The notes: generated by a model not told the origin, from the sequence alone. Numbered from the stretch's first letter, positions 48,446-61,109 are shown. The stretch: 64,000 nt of DNA from Octopus sinensis (GCF_006345805.1 NC_043020.1:19158001-19222000); one strand, 5' to 3'. Translations and numbers: made by a program.

Positions 48446-49723
48446 AATATAAAGCCAGGAATGTTCGTTTTTGTTACTGTGGGCTCCCATACTTACATAC
48501 ACTCGCGTATATACACATGCATACATATGTACACAACATACACATACATGTATGCATCAATGTGTAGAAGCATCAAGATCTCTCTACTGATCCAACTAGT
48601 TTCGAGTGACTGGACTTCACTGACAATGCCTGATAAGACTAAAAGATATCTACGGCTATCACCATACCATAGCTGATATCAAATATCAGATTTTTCACTT
48701 GAATATAGGAAATATTTTACCCTGTGTCACTCAGTCCATCAGCATCAGCCTGATGTATAAGAATCTGTATCATTAGGTTAGTTGTTTCCCTTAGCCCATC
48801 ATATTATCATTGTTTTAACATCCACTTTTCTGTGTCGCCATGGGTCAGATGGGATTCTCCTTAACCCTCTCTTGTTTCCAAATAAGGCAATATTTCCCCA
48901 TGACCAGATATGTTTTCACAGAAGGTTGGAAATGACAGACACTGCTTGTATAACAGTGACACTCATTTACAACTATCACATGAAGTCAAGGCAAGGGGAC
49001 TGTAACACGCTTACCACACAACACACAACACACACACAACACACTCTCTCTCTCTCTCATGCACACAATTGGTCATTTCACTTTCCTCTACCAAATCCAC
49101 TCACAAGAGTTTGGTCAGCCTGGGGTTGTAGAAGATATTTGCCTAAGGTGGTGTGTAGTTACTGAACTTGAGAACACATTACTGGGAAGCAAGCCATTTA
49201 ACCATGCAGCCATGTCTGTGCCTATAACATATATATATATACATACATACATACATACATACATATGACCAATTTTAAATACTGTTGGAACTTACTCACA
49301 AGATACTGGGATCTTATATGTATACCACTCTGCCTAAATATTGGAACTACAGATGCAATATCCCTGCATATCTCACGTCTATTTTCATTCCTCCACTTAA
49401 CTTTCTATTTCATATCTTATCTAAAATAACTATTGCTTAACCATTTTCTTACACCGTCTCCAATGAAGAGATATATAAAATATCCCGGAAACAGCTTTAA
49501 GACCTTCTATTTATAAATGTACTAAAATCTTTCACAGCCTTGAATTTTTATCTCATTCTGAATTTTTTTTTTTATATATATACACATGGTGATATATGAT
49601 CTATGTTGGACTCCTCATTCGCATAATCACCGAACATGGAGCTTAACTATGGTCTGTCCATAGCACTTACTCAGCATTACCTGACACCTTTGGGTCTTAT
49701 TGACACCATTACCTCTCATAAAA

Positions 49724-49764
<41 letters not shown>

Positions 49765-49958
49765 AATATATGTCCAACCCATGCTAGCATGGAAAGTGGA
49801 TGTTTGACAATGATGATGGTGAAGATGATGTATATATATATGCATATATGTGTGTATATATATATTCATATATATGTGTATATGTATATGCATATATATG
49901 TGTATATGTATATGCATATATATATGTGCATATGTATATGCCTATATATGCATGTGTG

Positions 49959-49996
<38 letters not shown>

Positions 49997-50039
49997 GCTC
50001 TTTATGTCTTGACAGGCAGTCTAAGCGCAGCAGACAATG

Positions 50040-50420
50040 TCTTAATTAGGTACTCATAGTTTTTATCCTCCGGCTTCTCTCGTGCTGATCCTTTCTATGT
50101 TTGATGAGCAAGTTCTATGGCAAAATCTGCAAGCAAGGAAGGTGCTGCAGGGCTGTGGTGGGTTGTCTTTCTCTTGCAGTTTTCATGTCTGACCCGTTTG
50201 ACCCCTCTGTTCACTGAGTTTTCCCATGCTGTTCTCTCTTCAGCTAACTTTTGTCAAGTCTTTGCATCAATCTGGGCACTTGGTTAAGCTGCCCTTACGT
50301 GTGTCCTTAAATCTCAGCTTTGGTCATCTACTGAGTTTGCTACCCTGAACCAACTCATCATAAAACAGCTGTTTGGGAGTTCTCTTGTCATGCGGCCTGT
50401 TTCAAGACTTCTGTGCTGGT
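50040..50420 (-). mobile_element. Decayed RTE (BovB-like) LINE 3' end
   Basis: Frameshifted RELPNSCFMMSWFRVANSV...AQIDAKT*QKLAEERTAWENSVNRGVKR, like the RTE motif PKQLFYGEL..G.R..GRP..W..LA.DR..W...V..G. Confidence 0.65.
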
Positions 50421-50676
50421 TACAGTGTGTAGTATATAAATGTGTACTCACATTTGCATAAATACACACACACACACGTCTGTCTGGTGGTCTGTTTGTT
50501 TGTCTTTGTATGTATGCACGTATATGAATGAGTGGACAAACGAAAGAAAAGAGGCACTCAACACATTCTGTAGGAATTACATATATTATTTATTTAATAA
50601 CAGTTTTGATAACTCCATGTAACTGAAAGTTTAATGGGCTCGTCAAATGAACTTCACTTGGCAGCCTTATATATAC

Positions 50677-51075
50677 TCTCTTTTACTTGTTTCTGTCATT
50701 TGACTGCGGGCATACTGGAGCACCGCCTTTAATCGAGCAACTCGACCCCGGACTTATTCTTTTGTAAGCCCATACTTATTCTATCGGTCTCTTTTGCCGA
50801 ACTGCTAAGTAACGGGGTCATAAACACACCAGCAATCGGTTTCAAGCATACTAGGGGGACAAAACAGAGACACACTAACACACACACGCATATATATATT
50901 ATTATACATATATACGAAGGGGTCTCTTCAGTTTCCCGTCTACCAAATCCACTCACAAGGCTTTGGTCGGCCCGAGGCTATAGTAGAAGACACTTGCCCA
51001 AGGTGCCACGCAGTGGGACTTGAACGCGGAACCATGTGGTTGTAACAAGCTACTTACCACACAGCCACTCCTGCC
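50677..51075 (-). mobile_element. Young family B, full length
   Basis: TTTTACTTGTTTCTGTCATTTGACTGCGG...ACCAAATCCACTCACAAGGCTTTGGTCGGCCCGAGG...CACAGCCACTCCTGCC. Confidence 0.93.
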
Positions 51076-51076
51076 C

Positions 51077-51114
<38 letters not shown>

Positions 51115-51190
51115 GTATATATATATATTAATAATATATTATATAACTAAATAAATATATATTATACATGCATATACATATTAATATATA

Positions 51191-51222
<32 letters not shown>

Positions 51223-51660
51223 GTGTAGGGGATATCACTGACAAAGTTTATTTCTGGTTCAGCACTTGAGGTCAGGAGTGTTTCATCTCATAGTAGTGGA
51301 CACTGTTCTGAGTAGACATGTTTTAAAAAGAAAAATGACCAATCATATGCCAGCATTTTTACGAAAAACTGAAATACATATAAAGACATACACGCTCATA
51401 TCAGTACACATACACATGCATTCAGAAATATGCATACACAAAACAATTAGTTATTGTCACCATCGTGCATAGACAAATTATCACAAGACTTAGGCTGCCT
51501 TTTACGGAAGTGTTAAATACTTTGAAATGCCTCTTTTCTTTTCGTCTTTTTTTAACTAAATGGAATGAATACACACACACACACATATATATATAACAAC
51601 AACATGTAGACATCTTGTCTATGTGTATATATATACATACATATATATATATATAAATAT

Positions 51661-51705
<45 letters not shown>

Positions 51706-51728
51706 ATATATGAATTTATGTTAATAAG

Positions 51729-52087
51729 GATAAGATCGATATTTAAAATACCGATCTTATCAGGTGGCCAGCATGGAGTAAAATCCTTTCAAAGGTAATA
51801 ATTATTTAAAATTGTAATTTAGGGTATCTAAGAGATACCCCCACGCTGGAAATAGCAGTCAAAAACTTGCCTCTAAAACCACACTAATGTGGTTTTAGAG
51901 TCAAATTTTTGACTGCTATTTCCAGCATGGAGGTATCTCTTAGATACCCTAAATTATAATTTTATATATATATATCTTTTGGGAATGGTGAGTCTTGAAG
52001 CTGTTAAAGGTATAAATAATGGCATGCAGATAATATTTGCATGCTATTATTTATTTTTTAACTGCTTCAAGATCCACCATTCCCAAA
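51729..52087. repeat. Cluster of three fold-back palindromes (51729-51761, 51808-51963, 51978-52087)
   Basis: Arms of about 10-15, 76 and 51 bp read directly as reverse complements; the central one has a 4-nt CTAA loop and 5 mismatches. Confidence 0.92.
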
Positions 52088-52089
52088 GT

Positions 52090-52262
52090 GCATAATGGCA
52101 TTTCATCCGTCTTTATGGTCTGAGTTGAAATTCTACCAAGATTGTCTTTGCCTTTCATCCTTTCAGGGTCATTAAAATAAGTACCAGTTGAAGACTGGGG
52201 TCAATGTAATTTACTTACCTTCCCCTCTAAAATTGCTGGCCTTGTACAAAAATTTGAAACCA
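52090..52262 (+). mobile_element. Family A variant
   Basis: TTTGCCTTTCATCCTTTCAGGGTC...GTACCAGTTG...ATTGCTGGCCTTGTAC. Confidence 0.8.
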
Positions 52263-52957
52263 ATATTTTTTATCAACCCAACTCTGTCTCCTTCTTCTGT
52301 GAAACTAATGTTTCCTTTTTTTTTCTTTTTCTTATTGTAGGTAAGAATGACCAGGTTCTTCTGCTGTTTCACATCAACCTTGATATGTATGTATGTATAA
52401 AGCATCATCCTCGTCATCACCATCATCCCCATCATCATTTTATTTTGCTCTACAACCTGGCAAGGACTGGACGGGTGATCATGATCAAAGTTAATTCCTG
52501 CTGGAGGTTATGGCCCTCAAGACAACTCATTGAACATTGTCTCAGTTTTTCACTCCATATTTAGCATGATTTCTTCTACCTGATTCTCCCCTGTTCACCA
52601 TCTGTTTTCTTAAATGCTCTGGGTACAATTGTATTGTGGCACCCACACTAGAGAGGTTGCTGTGTAGGATGCAGAAGTGGAAGGGGAGAAAGACAGGTGT
52701 AGTGTATAGGGAGAGTAATAGATGTATGGTAAGGGAGGAGGAGAGTTGAGTATTTTAGCTCTGCATGTGTGTTGGTGGTGGCGGGGATATCTGTGTGTGG
52801 AGCATGGGTGGAGGGAACAGTACAAATAGATAAAGGGGGAAGCACGAATGAATTGATTTTGGTTAAGTAAAATGGAATCGAGCAAGAATTGCAGTCAGAG
52901 AGACGATGGGTGGTGAGGTTATCTTGAGGAAGAACTTGACTGAACAGCCCAGTTGTG

Positions 52958-52995
<38 letters not shown>

Positions 52996-53464
52996 CACAT
53001 GCTCACACACACAGAGCACTTTCAGATCAGTGTTGCGAAGGTAGGTGTGGCTCTTTGTCATCACTGCCCCAGTCCTTTTGTCATCTCTGCCCCTTGTCTT
53101 TTGTCATCTCTTCTGTAAAGTTCAAAATTCTGAGATCAGTCTTCAACACTGTTTCTTGTCCTGAGTCTCTCTCTCCTCTACAAGCTCCATTCACATTAAA
53201 TGATCAGCTCTTCTTTAAACAGCTGTTCTTATCCATCCACATCTTGTGTCTATATGGCTGCAGTCTTCTTTCTTGCACACTGCCCCTGATTCCTTTTATT
53301 TGCAGGTTTTTCTCTTGGTGCATCCGTATCATGCACACTTACACTGCACGTCCAATGAACATGCTAGCTTCATTTTTCTCCAGTCTTCTCATTCGCCTAC
53401 ATTCGACACTCATGTCTCTCTACCATACAACATCGCAGTTCTAACACAAGCATCATAAAATCTA

Positions 53465-54510
53465 CTCATCATCATCATCATCATCACCATTTAACATCCA
53501 TTTTCCATACTAGCATGGGTTGGCTGGTTTGACATGAGCTGACCAGTTGAAGAGCTGTTCAGGCTTCATGTTCTTTCTGCATGGTTTCTACAACTAGATG
53601 CTTTTTATGCGGCACCAGCGCAGGGGAGCTTTTACATGGCACCAGTATAGGTGCTTTTTACGTCTTCTCATATCCTCATGTCCTTCAGTCTCTGGGTAAA
53701 AAAAACCTTTGTTGCTAACAGCAGAAATAGTTTCCTAAATTTTCTCCAATCTGTTCTTAATCTGGCTACTATACTTTCAGAGCAACCACCTCCCCTGTTA
53801 TTACATCTCTCAAGTAACTAAAGCTACCAACTACTTGTAGTGGGTCATCCAGGCATTTACGAGAATGTATTGCTGTACTTATTTGTATATACTGCTCCTA
53901 TGTATCATTGACATATGAAGCTAATGTTCTTTATTAGTCTGCCTGTGATTCCATTATGTCTCTTGTGTGTCTTTAGCTTCCATTAGGTACAATGTATGGT
54001 GCTTATACCTCCTTGTTTTCTGCATATTGAGGAAGGCCATTTCCCTGAAGATAACAGTGTTCTGTCTTCTTTCCTACTTACTAAATCCTTAGTTTTGCTA
54101 AACTTCTCATAAGATCCCTCTGCTTTAGGTTAGGTTTCCAACCCAGGAATTTCCTTATAGGTTCAGCTATGTGAACTATACCAATTTCTTTACTACCCAC
54201 AAGGGGCTAAACACAGAGAGGACAAACAAGGACAGACAAACGGATTAATGCGTAACTGGTACTTAATTTATCGACCCCGAAAGGATGAAAAGCAAAGTCG
54301 ACCTCGGCGGAATTTGAACTCAGAAGGTAAAGACGGACGAAATACCGCTAAGCATTTCGCCCAGCATGCTAACGTTTCTGCCAGCTCGCCGCCTTTATGT
54401 GAACTATACCATCTACATATAGGAGTTGCAATGGGTATTCAGTCTTAAACTTCTCTGTGATGGTCTGGAGGACTATGATGAATAGGCGAACACTGAGGAC
54501 TGAAATTTGA
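53465..54510 (-). mobile_element. Family F tail (about 53465-53665) plus a decayed RTE LINE RT (about 53700-54510) containing an inserted SINE
   Basis: GVRVHQISVLSVRLFIIVLQTITEKFKTEYPLQLLYVDG matches the RTE motif GVHQGSVLSPLLF.IV..ITE.F....P..LLYADD. Confidence 0.8.
54184..54395 (-). mobile_element. Young family A SINE with 16-bp TSD
   Basis: TSD TATGTGAACTATACCA at 54168-54183 and 54396-54411. Confidence 0.93.
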
Positions 54511-54906
54511 TGGACTCTTACACCAGCATCATCATCATAATTTAATGTCATTTTCCATGCTGGCATGAGTTGGATGGTTTGTAAGGAGCTGGTATGGCCA
54601 GGGGCCACATCAGGCTCCGTTGTCTGTTCTAACACCTACCACTCCACAGACCGGTCTTCTTTACCTTCATGCTACTGAAATCATTGTTGATTTTCACCTA
54701 CTGCATCTTTATACATAGCTTATACAGCCCTTACTAGCCTTTCATTTACACTTAGTTTTCTTAATGACCCCTAACATACTGAAGTACCCTATGGTAGCAT
54801 AAACCAGATAGAGAGATGCCCTTCTTTGAGTAAGGAATCTTTTATTTCACACATCTTTGATAAAAATGACAAAAGTGATGCCAAAAATATGCTTCTTTCT
54901 ATATGT

Positions 54907-55285
54907 CTTTAATCTTTTACTTGTTTCAGTCATTAGGCTGTGGCCATACTGGAGCAATGCCTTGAATAATTTTTAGTTGAATGAATCAACCCTAGGAATT
55001 GACTTTTTTTTAAAGGCTGGTACTTATTCTATTGGTCTCTTTTGCCAAACCACTAAGTTATGGAGATGTGAATTCACCAACACTAGTTGTCAAGCAGTGG
55101 TCAGGGACAAACAAAGACACACACAACAGGCTTCTTTCAATTTCATTTCTACCAAACCCATTCACAAGGCTTTGGATTGGCCCAAAGCTATAGCAGAAGT
55201 CACTTGTCCAAGGTACCATGCTGTGGGACTGAACCTGGAACCATTTGGTCGGGAAGCAAACTTACCACACAGTCACATCTGTGCC
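54907..55285 (-). mobile_element. Family B, full length, degenerate
   Basis: Tail, core and head motifs in reverse order. Confidence 0.85.
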
Positions 55286-55300
55286 TTTATGTGTGTATAT

Positions 55301-55334
<34 letters not shown>

Positions 55335-56201
55335 AATAAAATAGAACATATGCATATATATAAACATATATGTACGTACCTACCTCTACATGTACATATA
55401 CACGCATATATGTGTACAGGACACCAAAAAGACGTCGAACACATAGACACAAACCAAGGAACAAGACAAGCAAAAAAAGAGAGATACAGGACAATAAGCA
55501 CACACACATATACACACTCAGAGTTGTGCCAACTGTAAGCAAATTTACAAGACATTGTAGCATTAGCCAACACACACACATACACACACACCTAAAACTT
55601 CTGAAAGTGGTGTGAGGGAGGGATAGTGTGAGGAGGAACTTGAAAAAGCAATCTCTGTTCATTACTAAAACTGCTGGCAACGAAATCTGAAATCTAAGAC
55701 ACTAGGTCAAGAGAGGTAGGACACCATTCCATCACTCTTCACAGCAGCACAACCCTACCATTCTCTACATTCCATTCCAGACTCTTTATCTCTGCTGGAC
55801 ATCTGGGAGTCCTTCCATGCCAATCCTTTCTAAGCCATGTCCATATACATCCTGGTCACATCTAATGACATTTCTTGATCATAATTTCCTTCTTAAGAAA
55901 CATTTTTTTTTGTTAATGTTTTTATTTATTTATGTATTTATTTTTTGGGAGTTTTTGTTAATTGATTCTTGTTTTTACTTTAAGTGATTATAATTGTTGA
56001 CCTGATTTGGGGCTTTTTTGTTGTTTTTTTATTTATTTATTTTTTTTAACTAATTCTTCCTGGAAAGACTAATGATGTTACTGCTGATGGTGAATGTCAA
56101 TGGTAATAACATAAGCAAAACAGAAAAAGGAAACAGATTTTAAACCAATTTTTTTAAAAGTGCATCGTTCTTCACTACACAAGCACCACCACCATCTACA
56201 G

Positions 56202-56833
56202 CAGTGGTTCTAAACCATTTTTTGCCTGTGGACCTCTTTGTTTCCTATTTTGCTCTACTGGACCTCTATAGCCATTCTATTATATTTTTATAATTAATTA
56301 TTTTTTTAGGATTGGCAAGTGTCTTCTACTATAGCCTCAGGCAGACCAAAGCCTTGTGAGTGGATTTGGTAGACGGAAACTGAAAAAAGCCCGTTGTATA
56401 TATGTATGGAGGCGCAATGGCCTAGTGGTTAGGCAGCGGACTTGCGGTCGGAGGATCGCGGTTTCGATTCCCAGACCGGGCGTGTGTGTGTTTTATTGAG
56501 CGAAAAAACACCTAAAAGCTCCACGAGGCTCCGGCAGGAGGTGGTGATCCCTGCTGTACTCTTTCACCACTCTAAAGGCGGTGCTCCAGCATGGCCGCAG
56601 TCAAATGACTGAAACAAGTACAAAAAAAAAAATAAAAAAATAAAAAAATGTCGCATGATAGATCGTTAGCCACTACACATTTTTTTTCTCTCTTGTTTTT
56701 GTCTGTGTCCCTTTCTGTAGAAGACGTAGGCTCGAAACGTAAAAGATTTTTTCTATTCCTGAGCGTTATACTAATCCATCTGTTTGTTTTGTACACCACC
56801 TGTCTTCATCTTTTGGTTTTTTTTGTAAACTCT

Positions 56834-56881
<48 letters not shown>

Positions 56882-57110
56882 GTGTGTGTGTGCATGTTTG
56901 TGTGTCTGTGTTTGTCCATCCCCCCCAAATCACTTGACAACTGATGCTGGTGTGTTTACATCCCCGTAACTTAGCGCTTCGGCAAAAGAGACTGATAGAA
57001 TAAGTACTAGGCTTACGAATAATAAGTCCTGGGGTCGATTTGCTCTACTGAAGGCAGTGCTCCAGCATGGCTGCAGTCAAATGACTCAAACAAGTAAAAG
57101 AGTGAAAGAA
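56202..57110 (+). mobile_element. Mosaic: hAT MITE end, B core, D head/body, B tail end, unclassified repeat, microsatellite, B tail
   Basis: Segments at about 56202-56310, 56312-56400, 56409-56571, 56572-56625, 56648-56818 and 56885-57110. Confidence 0.75.
56409..56571 (+). mobile_element. SINE family D, young CpG-rich tRNA-derived head
   Basis: A-box TGGCCTAGTGG and B-box GTTTCGATTCC, followed by a non-tRNA body. Confidence 0.8.
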
Positions 57111-57224
57111 TAATTGTCAAAATATTTTGTCCATTGTAAAAGTATAAACAATTTATTGCACGTAAATTTTAACAGCAAAATCTTATATGGACACTCAAGG
57201 GGCATATGGGCCCTGCTTAAGGGT

Positions 57225-57587
57225 CATATGGGCCCAGTAAAATATCCTCGAAGCAGTAAAAGAAGAGAGAGTAGATTCTAAAGCAATATTTTAAGAGTGT
57301 TTAAACAGTAAGCTTGGCAGGAAAGAAATGTGCCTTTAAGCAGTACAAAAATAACAGAAAATGGAAGGTGCAGTTATGTACAGGTTGACGGAAGAAAAGT
57401 AGGACAAAAAAGGCTTTATCGATTGGATTTTCACCTGGAGATGATTTTTGTAATTTTTTCAAGACTTATACATGCCCTGATGCTGTCGGTATCAACATAT
57501 CAAATTTGAGAACAATCGGATGGAAGATGCCCGAGATCCTAGAAGACACACACACACACACAGACAGAATGGATTTTATATAATAGA
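57225..57587 (-). mobile_element. Possible non-autonomous Helitron-like element (5' end clear, 3' end unclear)
   Basis: Reverse strand begins A|TCTATTATATAAAATCC..(TG)n, the same architecture as the 17794 element. Confidence 0.45.
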
Positions 57588-57837
57588 TATATTCATGTAG
57601 GCACATGTATAGAGACACACAATCATACATGGCCTCATAGACACACGGTCATACACTCCTGCACCGAGAAATATCTATGGATATACACAAAGTAAGGCCT
57701 TTATGTGTGTGGTAGTTATATGCACAAATGCATAGGAATATTTTTACAGTAAGATACAATAAGAATACCAATAACACTGTATAAGAATATCGATAACGCA
57801 GTATACATTTTGTTCAAGCACTAATAGCATGGTCAGT

Positions 57838-58432
57838 ATTTACTCCTTTACTTGTTTCAGTCATTTGACAATGGCCATGCTGGAGCACCACCTTGAAGGG
57901 ATTTAGTTGAACAAATCGAACCCAGGACTATTTTTTTTAAAGCCTAGTACTTATTCTATTGATCCCTTTTGCTGAACCACTAGGTTATGGGGACACCAAC
58001 ACTGGTTGTCAAGTGTTGGTGGGGGACAAACAGACACAATGAAATATATCTATCTATCTATATATATATATATATATATATACTTTGTTTTTGTATCTGG
58101 TTTGCAAGATTCTTTCTGTGAATTTGTGTGTTCAAGTGAATTATGTCATATTATCTTAATGCCTTATTATCTAACACACTCACTGGTTCGATTTCCACTC
58201 ATTTTTTTATTTATATTTTTTCTTCCAAACTTTTCATTGCTTTTGCAACCTTGCCAATATATATATATTGATGGACTTCTTCCAGTTTCCATCTACGAAA
58301 TCCACTCACAAGGCCTTCATTGGCCCAAGGCTTTAGTAGAAGACACTTGCCCAAGGTGCCACCCAGTAGGACTGAACCCAGAACCATGTGGTTGGGAAGC
58401 AAGCTTTTTACAACACAGCCACTCCTGCACCT
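57838..58432 (-). mobile_element. Family B with expanded interior
   Basis: Tail at 57838-58040, head/core at 58270-58432. Confidence 0.8.
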
Positions 58433-58436
58433 ATAA

Positions 58437-58740
58437 TTGTTAATAATCATTTCATTGCTTAACAATATGCATAGTGATTCCTCCAAACGTGGTTTGCACT
58501 TCCTGGAGAGGGTATCATATAGGTGTGTATGCTTTATTATTGACCCATTTAAAGTATATTTTACCTTATATGTATTATGCATATTGTTGGGCAATGCAAA
58601 GATTATTAGCAAATTTGTATGGACAGGAGGTCTCAGGGGAAAAGTACAGAAAGAGATTAACAGCCTGGAGTGGAGAGGAATCCTGAGAGAGGGCCATTGA
58701 AGTGTGAGTTTTTGCTGAAGGGAGGTCAAAAGAAGAAAAT
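58437..58740 (-). mobile_element. Second Penelope-like fragment, GIY-YIG C-terminus
   Basis: YKVKYTLNGSIIKHTHLYDTLSRKCKPRLEESLCILLSNEMIIN parallels I.WSI...Y...S..C.LCL.EK..I....LN, also seen at 1864-2024. Confidence 0.65.
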
Positions 58741-59044
58741 GGGAAGGGATGCTGAGGGGGTAGTGAAGCTGTGGTGGAGAAGGACTCAGACTTGAAAGAG
58801 ATGGGGGAGAGTGTCAGAAAGGTGGGAGGAGGAGAATGAGTAAAGTGTGAGTGCCATGAAAGTATCCGAGATGGGGGTGGGGCAGTTGAAGGGATGGAAA
58901 AAGAGGGGAGGAGAGAACTATGGTGAACTATGAAGGAAACATTAGGGACCATCCTAAAGATGTTAAGAGCAGGTAATGGCATAAAGATTAGGAGAAGTGT
59001 TGGGTAGCAATAAGGTAGCCTGAGTAAAAAAAAAGGGGGGTAAA

Positions 59045-59350
59045 GATACCCTTTGATGTGACTATGAGATTACACCTAGAAAGTTACCCTCCGAGGCACA
59101 CGTCTGGACAAGGTTGTTTGTGGAAGACCAACGGTTGCCCATACATATTAGCCTCTCTTCTCTATGTCACAGATGTTGTCCAAGGGAAAGGCAAAGGCTG
59201 ATACAGCTTGTGGCACCAGTGATGCTGCAACTCATTTCTACAGCTGAGTGGCCTGGAGCAACATGAAATAAAATATCTTGTTCAGGAATCGAACTCACAA
59301 CCTCACGATTGTAAGCCTGATGCTTTTACTACTGAACCATGCACTTTCAC
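59045..59350 (-). mobile_element. Family C
   Basis: CCTAGAAAGTTACCCTCCGAGGCAC...CTACAGCTGAGTG...GGAATCGAACTC...CTGAACCATGCAC. Confidence 0.8.
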
Positions 59351-59369
59351 TAGGGTAGCCAGTGAGAGA

Positions 59370-59417
<48 letters not shown>

Positions 59418-59418
59418 G

Positions 59419-59822
59419 TGGCATAGGAGTGGCTGTATGGTAAGTAGCTTGCTTACGAACCACATGGTTCCGGGTTCAGTCCCATTCTGTGGCACCTTGG
59501 GCAAGTGTCTTCTACTGTAGCCTCAGGCTGACCAACGCCTTGTGAGTGGATTTGGTAGACGGAAACTAAAAAGAAGCCCGTATATATATTTATGTGAGTG
59601 TATGTGTATGTTTGTTTGTCTGTGTTTGTCCCCCCAACATTGCTTGACAACCAATGCTGGTGTGTTTACATCCCCGTAACTTAGCAATTCGGCAAAAGAG
59701 ACCAATAGAATAAGTACTAGGCTTACGAAGAATAAGTATTTGGGTCGATTTGCTCGACCAAAAGGCATTGATCCAGCATGGCCACAGTCACATGACTGAA
59801 ACAAGTAAAAGAGTAAAGAGTA
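59419..59822 (+). mobile_element. Young family B, full length
   Basis: GGCATAGGAGTGGCTG head through GAAACAAGTAAAAGAGTAAAGAG tail. Confidence 0.92.
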
Positions 59823-59962
59823 CATATATACACACATACAAATTGAGGGAGTGGTACTGGTAAAATCCAGGCTACATGTTTCTTAGGCAGCAGGTCCTCA
59901 GCGGTAACGATTATTCAACGAGTTGTACTCAGCTAGCTACTCCTCAGTTATATGAAAGCTAC

Positions 59963-60062
59963 NNNNNNNNNNNNNNNNNNNNNNNNNNNNNNNNNNNNNN
60001 NNNNNNNNNNNNNNNNNNNNNNNNNNNNNNNNNNNNNNNNNNNNNNNNNNNNNNNNNNNNNN
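59963..60062. other. Assembly gap (100 N)
   Basis: Run of N. Confidence 1.
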
Positions 60063-60096
60063 CTTCGTTTTTTTTTATTAATTATTTTTGTCTGTG

Positions 60097-60137
<41 letters not shown>

Positions 60138-60334
60138 TAAGTATGCATATATTTATGGATATATAGATAGCTATAGCAAGAGATATATAGATTGATGTAT
60201 ATGTGTGTTTTTGCGTGTGCGTGTGCGTGTGTGTGTATGCATCTACACACTACATATATGAGCAGTTATCTATACCTTACTGTGTATGTGAGTGTGTGTA
60301 CAGGTGTTAATACTCACGTGCATATATTCTTTTA

Positions 60335-60524
60335 TTCTTTTATTTGTTTCTGTCACTTGACTGGGGCCATGCTGGAGCACCGCCTTTAGTCGAACAAATC
60401 GACCCCCAGGACTTATTCTTTGTAAGCCTTGTACTTATTCGATGATGTAAACACACCAACAACTGTTGTCAAGCGATGGTGGGGGAGACAAACACACACA
60501 CACATACGCGCGCACTTACACACA

Positions 60525-60594
<70 letters not shown>

Positions 60595-60760
60595 CACGAC
60601 GAGCTTCTTTCAGTTTCCATCCACCAAATCCACTGACAAGGCTTTGGTTGGCCCGAAACTATAGCAGAAGACACTTGCCCAACGTGCCACACAGTGGGAC
60701 TGAACCCGGAATCATGTGGTTTGTAAGCAAGCTACTCACCACACAGCCACTCCTGCGCCT
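60335..60760 (-). mobile_element. Family B, full length
   Basis: Reverse-complement tail, (CA)n(TA)n, core and head ending CACAGCCACTCCTGCGCC. Confidence 0.9.
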
Positions 60761-60764
60761 GTTA

Positions 60765-61050
60765 TATTATACATAATTAATTCATATGTTTTTGTATAAA
60801 TGATTCATAGCGACTGATTACGTGTGTGCGTACTGGCAATTGTATATCTATCAATCATTCTAGTACTGCAGACATATGGAAATCTATCAATCTATCTATC
60901 ATTTTGGAATCTTTTTTTTTCCTGGTTAATTTTAGTTAATTTCTGTTTATTTTCAGATCATTGAAATGGAATGTCAAGTTAAGAAAAACGAGCATTTTCG
61001 ACACCTCCTTCATTTTACTTTTAATCAAGGTTCTAAGGCCGCAAAAACTG
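60765..61050 (+). mobile_element. Mariner 5' fragment with transposase N-terminus
   Basis: ATG at 60966: MECQVKKNEHFRHLLHFTFNQGSKAAKTARDN, the mariner first HTH pattern; truncated. Confidence 0.75.
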
Positions 61051-61109
61051 CTCGCGACAATTCGTAACCAAGGTATTTTTCAGTAAAAGAGAGATAAATC
61101 TGTAATTTT

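Noticed and set aside
56409-56483. tRNA gene
   Set aside because: A and B boxes are present, but I could not form a full cloverleaf and it continues into a SINE body also seen at 20870-21085.
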